Of a stretch of DNA of 64,000 bases, positions 10,114 through 17,864 are shown piece after piece (the stretch's first letter is position 1; each line of letters starts with the position of its first letter). The stretch comes from Betaproteobacteria bacterium. Lineage in GTDB: Bacteria > Pseudomonadota > Gammaproteobacteria > Burkholderiales > Usitatibacteraceae. The position numbers and the translations under genes are program-made. The notes beneath the pieces are model-generated. The model saw only the letters and a program-made list of their open reading frames with translations, made no database searches and was not told where the DNA came from. The DNA is taken from positions 1,380 to 65,379 of the forward strand of contig JBDTWS010000002.1 of NCBI GenBank assembly GCA_040006575.1, given 5' to 3'.

Positions 10114-11526
10114 ATGAACGATTCCATGACAGCAAGCAGTACCGTCGTCCCCGCGCCACGCACCGCACGGCTCAATGAATTCTGGCGCTGGTGGACGGGA
10201 GAATTGCGCGCACTGGTGCCCTCGCGCGTAGTTGGCTGGGTGGTCGGCGAAGTCGCTGTGACCGACGTCGTCGTCGACGATGTGTCGATCAGGCTACTTG
10301 GCGTGGAATCCGGCAAGCCCAGGGTATTTGCCGAGGTGCCGATTGCAGAAATCGCGGCGCATCCACGCTTTCGTGAAATGCGCGCGAAGGGAAATGACCA
10401 CGTCAGGGTAATTCTTTCGAGCGGGCAGGTATTGCTCAAGACCATTACGCTGCCGGCGGCGATTGAAGAGAATCTGCGCGAGGTTATGGGCTTTGAACTG
10501 GACAAGCACACGCCGTTTACGGCAAGCCAAGCCTATTACGACGTGAAATTACTGCGCCGGGACGCCCAACGTGAATCGATCGATGTGATTCTCGCTGCGG
10601 CGGCACGCGCAACGGTTGATCCATTGCTGGTCACGCTTCGCCAGGCAGGTTTGTCGGTGGATGCGATTACCGTGGCCGATATTGACGCTGGCGGTCAATC
10701 AATGGAGTTGTTGCCCGCATCGGAAAAGCCCGCGCGAAAATGGGGTCAGTTGCTAAAGCTCAATCTGGCGTTGCTGGGGTTGGCGGTGGCGCTCGGTTTG
10801 CTGGCCCTGTTGCTGCCAATCTGGCAAAAACGCGAACAAGTCATCGAGCTCAGTCCGCTGGTCGGCAAGGCCAGTGCCGAGTTTGAGATCAACCAGCGTG
10901 TGTTTGACGAGTACACGAAGCTGGCCAACGAATACAACTACATCACGGGCAAGAAAGAAAGCCAACATCCGTCGCTGGCGATCCTTGAAGAACTGACCAG
11001 GATTTCGCCCGATACGACCTTCGTGCAATCGCTGGAAATGAAGAGCAGTCCCAAGACGCGCGAGATTACGCTGACCGGTGAGGCGCAAGCGGCTTCGCGG
11101 GTGATCGAAGTTCTGGAACAATCGCCGATGTTTCAGAACGCTTCGCAGAAATCCCCTACGCGCCGCGGCAGCCTTGGCACCAACGAATGGTTCAACATAG
11201 CAACCGAACTGAAACCCAAGGCTTTGCCGGCCGCTGTCGTACAGGATGGGAAAATCCCGGAAGTCGTTCCTCCTGCGCCCGCTTTAGTAGCGCCGCCGGT
11301 GTCCGTACCCGCGCCCATTCCTGTACAAACGCCAGCGCTTCCCGTCGCACCGCAAACCATGCCCGGAAAAATGGCGCCGGCCAACGCAGCGTCGCCAGTG
11401 GGCGCACTTGACAAGCCCCAGCAACCCGCTCCGCAACCTACAGCCACGGTCACCGTACCTGCGCCCAAGCCAGCACCTGTCGACGTGCCGCCAAAAGCCG
11501 CATCCACGCCGGGGAAACAGCCATGA
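10114..11526 (+). CDS. gspL: T2SS assembly protein, GspL-position, PilM/PilN-fusion-like, with Pro-rich C-terminal tail
   Basis: Occupies the GspL position. Cytoplasmic N-domain, a single TM segment (LKLNLALLGLAVALGLLALLLPIW), a PilN-like periplasmic domain, then a ~100-aa Pro/Ala/Val tail. Confidence 0.65.
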   Translation: MNDSMTASSTVVPAPRTARLNEFWRWWTGELRALVPSRVVGWVVGEVAVTDVVVDDVSIRLLGVESGKPRVFAEVPIAEIAAHPRFREMRAKGNDHVRVILSSGQVLLKTITLPAAIEENLREVMGFELDKHTPFTASQAYYDVKLLRRDAQRESIDVILAAAARATVDPLLVTLRQAGLSVDAITVADIDAGGQSMELLPASEKPARKWGQLLKLNLALLGLAVALGLLALLLPIWQKREQVIELSPLVGKASAEFEINQRVFDEYTKLANEYNYITGKKESQHPSLAILEELTRISPDTTFVQSLEMKSSPKTREITLTGEAQAASRVIEVLEQSPMFQNASQKSPTRRGSLGTNEWFNIATELKPKALPAAVVQDGKIPEVVPPAPALVAPPVSVPAPIPVQTPALPVAPQTMPGKMAPANAASPVGALDKPQQPAPQPTATVTVPAPKPAPVDVPPKAASTPGKQP

Positions 11527-12185
11527 CCAAGACGAGCACCCGGTCGTGGATCCCCAATAACCCGCGCGATCGCCGGATCATGGCGGTGACAATTTTGGCG
11601 CTGGTTGTTGCGCTGATTGTTGCCGCGATCGTCGTCCCCGTCGTGATGCTGAATCGCCACTACGATCAAAACATTGCCAGGATGACCCGGCAATGGAAAA
11701 ACCAATCCGCGTTCAATGAGTTGCGCCCGCAAGTCACGCGCGCACTGGATCAGCTCAAATCCAGGGATGTACGAAAACTCTTTCTGAAGGGCACCACCGT
11801 TGCATTGGGCTCCGCTGAATTGCAGGATCATGTTGCGCAGGTGATCGAAGGAAATGGTGGCCGGCTCATCGCGCGCAACGTGAGTCCCCACAAGGATGAC
11901 GGCCCATATCGCTTGGTCTCAGCGAATTTTGCCTTCAACATCAGCAATGTGAATCTGCGCCGGATGATGCATGCCCTTGAGACGAGGGAACCCTATTTGT
12001 TCAATGACAATCTGATGATCCGCTCACAGATAGCCCCGGGCTATCGGTTGCCTGTCGGTGCTGTCGAACCTGATTTGTATGTGTCGATGGACGTATCAAG
12101 CGTTGCATATGTCGGCTCAGAGTCAGCGCCCGCGACGGCCGGTGTACCGGCGTCAGCAAAGCCGGTAGCAGGTGGAAAATCATGA
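11523..12185 (+). CDS. gspM: T2SS protein GspM (subtype-b-like)
   Basis: ATGA overlap with the upstream gene. N-terminal TM segment (IMAVTILALVVALIVAAIVVPVV) followed by a ~150-aa periplasmic domain. Assigned by position and architecture. Confidence 0.6.
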   Translation: MTKTSTRSWIPNNPRDRRIMAVTILALVVALIVAAIVVPVVMLNRHYDQNIARMTRQWKNQSAFNELRPQVTRALDQLKSRDVRKLFLKGTTVALGSAELQDHVAQVIEGNGGRLIARNVSPHKDDGPYRLVSANFAFNISNVNLRRMMHALETREPYLFNDNLMIRSQIAPGYRLPVGAVEPDLYVSMDVSSVAYVGSESAPATAGVPASAKPVAGGKS

Positions 12186-12970
12186 AGATGACCCCGCGCG
12201 TTTTTTGGCAACGTCACGGCTTGACCGCATTATTGATTTTGATTTCCCTTGGATGCCTAGCTGCTCTCGGACTTGAGACGGGATGGGGGCGGTCGTTGCG
12301 AACAACCTTGCCCGTTGCCAACAATTCATCGCGTGCAGGAGAAATTGTCCCGACATTGCCGCCGTTTTCATTGCAACCGCTGGAAGTCGCCTTCAAGGAA
12401 ACGGGTGAACGCCCACTGTTTACGCCGACACGCCGTCCCCAGGCGCTGGCCGCAGCGACCGTTCCCACCATGAAAAAAGGCCAATTCAAATTGAGCGGTA
12501 CGTCGGTCAGCGGTGAACTCACCGTGGCATTCCTCGTCGAACTTTCGTCGGGCAAGACCGTGCGCGTAACGAAGGGCAAGGAAATAAATGGCATTACGCT
12601 CGATACCGTCGAAGGTAATCGCGTAGTCCTGAAGCAGGGCGATGAGACCGAGGAACTGGTGCTGCGTACCGCCGCATCTCCTCCAGTAAGAACACCTCCA
12701 CCTGCCCCGCCTGGTCCCGTTCCGGCATTTTCACCTGTGCCGGGACAACCGGGCATGCAACGGCCGCCCCCCGTTGCCAGCGTAGTTCCCGTGCCACCAG
12801 GTGTGATGCCGCCTGCACCGACAGTGCCAAATCCGGGCTCGTCCCAGTTGCCAGGATTTGTCATGCCTTCCGCTGCGGCAGGTCAAGCACCAGGTGCGGC
12901 GCCGACTGTGGATCCGGCAAACGCCGCGCAGCAACGACGCAGGAGAATCCAGGCTCAACCGCAACAGTGA
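12182..12970 (+). CDS. GspC/XpsN-like secretin-interacting protein (HR/PilP-like domain, no PDZ, Pro-rich tail)
   Basis: N-terminal TM segment. A beta-rich segment FKLSGTSVSGELTVAFLVELSSGKTVRVTKGKEINGITLDTVEGNRVVLKQGDETEELVL resembles the GspC HR / PilP fold pattern. It lies between gspM and gspD, as xpsN does in Xanthomonas. Confidence 0.5.
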   Translation: MKMTPRVFWQRHGLTALLILISLGCLAALGLETGWGRSLRTTLPVANNSSRAGEIVPTLPPFSLQPLEVAFKETGERPLFTPTRRPQALAAATVPTMKKGQFKLSGTSVSGELTVAFLVELSSGKTVRVTKGKEINGITLDTVEGNRVVLKQGDETEELVLRTAASPPVRTPPPAPPGPVPAFSPVPGQPGMQRPPPVASVVPVPPGVMPPAPTVPNPGSSQLPGFVMPSAAAGQAPGAAPTVDPANAAQQRRRRIQAQPQQ

Positions 12971-13086
12971 TCCCGATAGTCGATGACTGATTGCATGAAG
13001 TGAAAGACAGAATCGCGGCCGCGTTTTAGGTTGGCAGAAGTCCACTTTATGAAATGAATGCAGTGAAACTTTTTTGAATTGAAAAC

Positions 13087-15282
13087 ATGATGCCTATCCA
13101 GACCAAACTAATTTCCGCCATGCTAGTGACGGTGGCCGCGCTCAGTGCGTGCTCAACTTTGCCAGGCGGGGGGGAACAACAGCCGCTTCCCGCACCGGGA
13201 ACCGGGACGACTGCGGCAGGACGCATCCTAGCGGGACCTGTGCCGCCATTCCCGCAGCAGTCCCAGGTCGTGCAGCCGAAAGATGCACCCACCCCAAAAA
13301 CAGGTGATGCTTTTGTTGTTCAGGGCTCTGGCAATTTCGTCAAGACGACTCCCACCGCGCCAGTACTTCCATCGGGTCCGGAGGAATTCAGCCTGAATTT
13401 TGAAGCGACCGATATTCGCGCCATCGTCCAATCGATCATGGGCGATTATTTGCGCGAAGCATTCACTATTCATCCCCTAACTACCGGAACCGGCACCATC
13501 CGGTTGTCGAAGCCGGTCTCACGAAAAGACCTTATTCCAATACTTGAAATGATGCTTCGCCAGAACGGCCAGATCATGGTGCGGGAAGAAGGGCTCTATA
13601 AAATCATGCCGGCGACGTTGGGAACGCGCGGCTCAGTAACGCCACAGGTCGGTACAACGGCGGCGCCGTTGCCGGCGGGATTTTCAGTGCAAATCGTACA
13701 GCTCAAATTTGTTGGCGCGTTGGACATGCAACGAATCCTCGCGCCGTATGTAACTGATCCGGCAGCGTCGGTGCAGATCGATCCAATAAGAAACCTGGTT
13801 ATCGTTTCCGGCACGCAGCGCGAGCTTAGGCATTTGTTCGACATCATTGATTTGTTCGATGTTGACTTCCTGTCAGGTTATTCGGTTGGGCTCTTCCAGA
13901 TGTCCACGGATGTGAAAGCGCTTAGTGCCGACCTGGACAAGATTTTTGGAACCGCCGCGCAAAGTCCGCTTGCCGGAATTGTCCGCATTATTCCGATTGA
14001 GCGCATGAATGGACTGTTGGTTGTGACCACGCAACCTAAATACCTGGAAGAGGCGAAGAAGTGGATTGAACGCCTTGACCGCGCCGGGGGAGTCTCCGGG
14101 GGGATGCGGCTGAATGTCTACGCTGTCCAGCATGGGAAGGCAGAGAAGTTGGCACAGTTGCTGAGTGAAATTTATGGCAAGCAGCAGTCTTCTACCGGGC
14201 CGACGTTGGCGCCGGGTCAGCGTCCGGCGCAGATCGGTACGACCCCGGGCACACCGTTGCCCGGCCAGAACGCCGTATCGCCGGCGCAGTCCGCTATACA
14301 GGCCCTGGTGGCGTTTGCAGGCAGCGGCGGCGCGGTTTCAAAGGACGTCCGCATCATTGCGGACAATGACAATAATGCCCTCTTGATACTGGCATCGCCG
14401 TCCGACTACGAGACGATACAAAATGCACTGCGCCAGTTGGACGTACCGCGACGCCAGGTTTCTGTTGAGGTACTTGTTGCTGAAGTTGTGTTGGATGATT
14501 CGCTGAAATTCGGTATCGAATGGTTCGTCAATGCGAGGAACAACACGGTGGGCGCGATGCGCAGCAGCATAAACGCGTTGCCTACGTTGCCCGGCCTGGC
14601 TACAACGGGAGGTGTCGCTGTTACAGATCCACGGGCACTCATCGCGCCGTCGTCCGGTTTGCAACTGATCAATCTAGGTCCCGGTGGTGACATTCGTGCC
14701 GTGCTGCAAGCGCTTGGCACGGACGGCCGCTCGAAAGTAATTTCCACGCCCAGGGTAATGGTGCTCGATAACGAAAAGGCGACGATCAATGTGGGCGACC
14801 AGATATCGGTCGACACGGGCTCATCTACAGGAACCGGCACTGGCGGAAACGTCGTCACAACGCGTCAATACCTTAGTACCGGGATTATCCTCACCGTGAC
14901 ACCTCGAATCAACGCAGGTGGCCGCGTGACACTGGATGTGAATCAGGAAGTCAGCAGCCCGATCGGCGATGGCACGAATCCAAACATTGCTACCCGCAAA
15001 GCGCAGACTGTCGTAACTGTCAGCTCGGGTGAGACTATGGTTTTGGCTGGGCTAATAAGGGATGTCAACAATACCGTTTCGTCCGGCTTGCCGTTGCTAT
15101 CCAAAATTCCTATCGTCGGCGCATTGTTCGGTTCACAAAGCTTGATCAAGCAGCGCACGGAGCTTGTCTTGCTGATCACACCAACAGTGGTAACCAGCCC
15201 TGAGGACTCGCGCGCGGTGACCGAAGAAATCCGGAAGAAGCTACCTTCACTCCAAGAGTTCCTGCCAAAACCCACAAAGTGA
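13087..15282 (+). CDS. gspD: T2SS outer-membrane secretin GspD, predicted lipoprotein (liposecretin)
   Basis: Lipobox LSAC (Cys codon at 13150), a Pro-rich linker, N-domains, and a secretin core (TPRINAGGRVTLDVNQEVSS, SGLPLLSKIPIVGALFGS). Confidence 0.9.
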   Translation: MMPIQTKLISAMLVTVAALSACSTLPGGGEQQPLPAPGTGTTAAGRILAGPVPPFPQQSQVVQPKDAPTPKTGDAFVVQGSGNFVKTTPTAPVLPSGPEEFSLNFEATDIRAIVQSIMGDYLREAFTIHPLTTGTGTIRLSKPVSRKDLIPILEMMLRQNGQIMVREEGLYKIMPATLGTRGSVTPQVGTTAAPLPAGFSVQIVQLKFVGALDMQRILAPYVTDPAASVQIDPIRNLVIVSGTQRELRHLFDIIDLFDVDFLSGYSVGLFQMSTDVKALSADLDKIFGTAAQSPLAGIVRIIPIERMNGLLVVTTQPKYLEEAKKWIERLDRAGGVSGGMRLNVYAVQHGKAEKLAQLLSEIYGKQQSSTGPTLAPGQRPAQIGTTPGTPLPGQNAVSPAQSAIQALVAFAGSGGAVSKDVRIIADNDNNALLILASPSDYETIQNALRQLDVPRRQVSVEVLVAEVVLDDSLKFGIEWFVNARNNTVGAMRSSINALPTLPGLATTGGVAVTDPRALIAPSSGLQLINLGPGGDIRAVLQALGTDGRSKVISTPRVMVLDNEKATINVGDQISVDTGSSTGTGTGGNVVTTRQYLSTGIILTVTPRINAGGRVTLDVNQEVSSPIGDGTNPNIATRKAQTVVTVSSGETMVLAGLIRDVNNTVSSGLPLLSKIPIVGALFGSQSLIKQRTELVLLITPTVVTSPEDSRAVTEEIRKKLPSLQEFLPKPTK

Positions 15283-15446
15283 TACCGTCGGTATCAATAA
15301 TGGATAACAAATGTGGTGAAAACGACACATACGCCGACTATCAAGTTTAAATTATTGACGCAAGAATAGGAATTCTCTACGCTTTGGATGTAAACTTTCA
15401 ACTTAATGCTTTACATTAACTGCTTCTTGGAAGAATTGGATTTGTT

Positions 15447-15857
15447 GTGCAATTTGCTTTTGTAATTCGGACGTTGGTCTTTGTGATTCTGGTTGTCACA
15501 GCGGGGTGCGCTAACCAGGCGCCTTCAAGTTCAGCTGCAGCTCAGACGCCGGAACAACTCGTTGCTTCGCGGGCTCAAGCGCGCTGGGACGCACTAAGGG
15601 CCGCGCAGTTTGACAAGGCATACGCATTCGTTTCACCCACTACCCGTCAAACGCTTACGATGGAAATTTATCGCGGGAGACTGGGTGGCGCCAGCTGGCT
15701 GGGGGCGCAAGTGGTGAAAGCGGTTTGCGAGCCCGAAATTTGTGATGTGTCTATCAAGTTGGAGTATTACGTTTTGCCAAATTTGAAAGACACACAGGTA
15801 GTTGAGGAAAAATGGATTTTGGACGGCGGAAACTGGTGGTTCGTCTACCGGGGCTAG
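15447..15857 (+). CDS. small lipoprotein of unknown function
   Basis: GTG start. Signal peptide with lipobox VTAG|C (Cys codon at 15507). The ~115-aa mature domain contains two further Cys. Confidence 0.6.
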   Translation: MQFAFVIRTLVFVILVVTAGCANQAPSSSAAAQTPEQLVASRAQARWDALRAAQFDKAYAFVSPTTRQTLTMEIYRGRLGGASWLGAQVVKAVCEPEICDVSIKLEYYVLPNLKDTQVVEEKWILDGGNWWFVYRG

Positions 15858-15931
15858 TCCTACAGGTGTTGGTAACAGTACGAAAATGCAGAAAGTAATA
15901 CTAAAGTAGCAATAAAAAGACACCGAGCAAA

Positions 15932-15962
15932 TTGATTGAAAAACGGTGTTGGCTGGTATAAA
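15932..15962 (+). promoter_or_regulatory. candidate sigma70 promoter for the 547-aa secreted protein gene
   Basis: TTGATT (15932-15937) and an extended -10 TGgTATAAA (15954-15962). The 19-nt spacing is non-ideal. The region is an AT-rich intergenic stretch. Visual match only. Confidence 0.25.
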
Positions 15963-16022
15963 CTTGATTTGTTGTAGCTTCTAAAGTGATCACTTTATTC
16001 TCTAAAAGGAGTAACCTAAAAA

Positions 16023-17666
16023 ATGAATACGTTTAAAATGAAGTCAATGCACGTTGCAGTGCTCGCGGGTTTGGCGGCTATCGGAGCTGCTGGAACTGCT
16101 GAAGCCGTGCACATCAATCCTGATGGCACCGGCCAGGTTTTGGTATACCCGTACTACACGGCGCGTGCTGGTCAAGCAACTTTGATCACCATCATCAACG
16201 TCCAGAACAACACCAAGATCGTTAAAGTCCGCTTCCTGGAAGGCAAGAACAGCCGCGAAGTACTTGACTTTAACTTGTTCCTCTCCCCAAGCGACGTTTG
16301 GACCGGTGCTATCGTTGGAACGACCAACGGTGCCCGTGTTGTCACCAATGACAACTCCTGCGTAACGCCTAGCGACTTGTTCGTTGAAACCCGTACCGAC
16401 GGCGCAAACCCGTTGAACGATTTCAAGAACTACACGTACACCGGCGCGTTTGTTGATTCCGCATCGTTCGCTTCGCTGGATCGTACCCGTGAAGGCTATT
16501 TCGAAGTTATCGAAATGGGCGTAGTGGATGACGACACAATCGACGGCAATCCTATCGTTGGTGCTACTGCAGTCGCTGTGACCGGATTCATCCGTCACAA
16601 CACCGCTGGCGTTCCTGCCAACTGTCGCGCTCTGGACAGCTTCGACAACTTCGCTGGCAACCCTGCAACGACGAAATTCCCGAACCAAGGGACGTCGCCT
16701 GTAAGCGTGCCGCCCGCTGGTACCCTGACACAGCCGCCGCGCGGTGGTTTGACTGGTCGCGCCAGCATTATCAGCTCGACAACTGGTTCAAACTACACGT
16801 ACAGCCCGACCGCATTTGATGCATGGTCTGTCACGCAACAGTATTCGGAATCCGGTAACCTGGCTCCGTCGATCACCGCAGTTGATTCGGGCAATGCAGC
16901 TCTGGTTGGCCCGACCAGCAACGTGTTCACCTCCGCTGGTATCGTTACAACCGTCTGGCCAATTAGCGCGGCTGGTTCGCGTGACGCTATGTCGGCAACG
17001 ATGATGCGCAACAGCGTGATCAACGAGTACATCCTTGACGCAGCTACTGCATCGCAAACCGACTGGGTTGTTACCTTCCCAACGAAGCGTGCCTATGTGT
17101 CAGTTGGTGGCGGAGCAGCTATTGCACCGTTCGCACAAAACTTCCCGAACTCGACAGCCGGCTCTTGCGATCCTTATGGCTTCTCGGTGCTGAATCGTGA
17201 AGAAGGCGTACCTGGTTCGATCACCCTGATCCCGAATCCTTCACCGCTGCCCCCGGGCGTAACGGTGGCTGGTGCAACCCTGTGTTGGGAAGCTAACGTT
17301 GTACCGTTCGCTGGTACAAGCTTGCTGTCCTCGCAGAACACCAACCCACTGATCACGTCGCTGCAACAGTTCGTGAACGGTGCAACCACCACACCGGCCA
17401 GCCTGACAACGCCGACCCTGCGCGCAACACAAGGCCCGAACGGCTTCATGTCCATGTTCTTCAACAGCGGTACGCAAGTTTTGGCCACCACCGGTGCCAC
17501 GACAACCCGTACACCGTTGGGTCAAGCTCCAGTTGCAGTTGTCAACGCTGTGTATAACGGTCTGCCAGTTATCGGCACGATGATGCATAACTACCAAAAC
17601 ACCGGTGTTGTGTCACGCTTCGGCGGTACGGTTGATCACAAGTTCACACGTAGCATCACACCGTAA
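16023..17666 (+). CDS. secreted protein of unknown family, probably very highly expressed (candidate surface-array / T2SS cargo protein)
   Basis: Sec signal peptide MNTFKMKSMHVAVLAGLAAIGAAGTAEA|VH. Consensus SD AAGGAG at 16006-16011. Codon usage and GC differ from neighbouring genes. A strong terminator follows directly. Confidence 0.85.
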   Translation: MNTFKMKSMHVAVLAGLAAIGAAGTAEAVHINPDGTGQVLVYPYYTARAGQATLITIINVQNNTKIVKVRFLEGKNSREVLDFNLFLSPSDVWTGAIVGTTNGARVVTNDNSCVTPSDLFVETRTDGANPLNDFKNYTYTGAFVDSASFASLDRTREGYFEVIEMGVVDDDTIDGNPIVGATAVAVTGFIRHNTAGVPANCRALDSFDNFAGNPATTKFPNQGTSPVSVPPAGTLTQPPRGGLTGRASIISSTTGSNYTYSPTAFDAWSVTQQYSESGNLAPSITAVDSGNAALVGPTSNVFTSAGIVTTVWPISAAGSRDAMSATMMRNSVINEYILDAATASQTDWVVTFPTKRAYVSVGGGAAIAPFAQNFPNSTAGSCDPYGFSVLNREEGVPGSITLIPNPSPLPPGVTVAGATLCWEANVVPFAGTSLLSSQNTNPLITSLQQFVNGATTTPASLTTPTLRATQGPNGFMSMFFNSGTQVLATTGATTTRTPLGQAPVAVVNAVYNGLPVIGTMMHNYQNTGVVSRFGGTVDHKFTRSITP

Positions 17667-17694
17667 TCGATTCAAATTGCCACACGCAACAAAC

Positions 17695-17723
17695 AAAAAG
17701 GGGTGCAGTTGCACCCCTTTTTG
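17695..17723 (+). terminator. rho-independent terminator
   Basis: aaaaaGGGGTGCAgtTGCACCCCtttttg: GC-rich 8-bp stem followed by a T-tract, 30 nt after the stop codon. Confidence 0.8.
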
Positions 17724-17864
17724 TCGTTTGAAGATGCAATCTGTATGCAAGAGTTTACATTCTTGGGTGGCCTCGCCTGCTAGCATCGGTTGCACTAATA
17801 AGAAAAAATATCTTCACTCTGCCGGGACCATTACGTGATTTATGTTGGACTTAAGAGGAACAAA

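Noticed and set aside
15281-15295. A hairpin GATACCgtcGGTATC directly after the gspD stop, considered as a terminator.
   Set aside because: The stem is only 6 bp with a 3-nt loop and there is no downstream T-tract. That is too weak to call.
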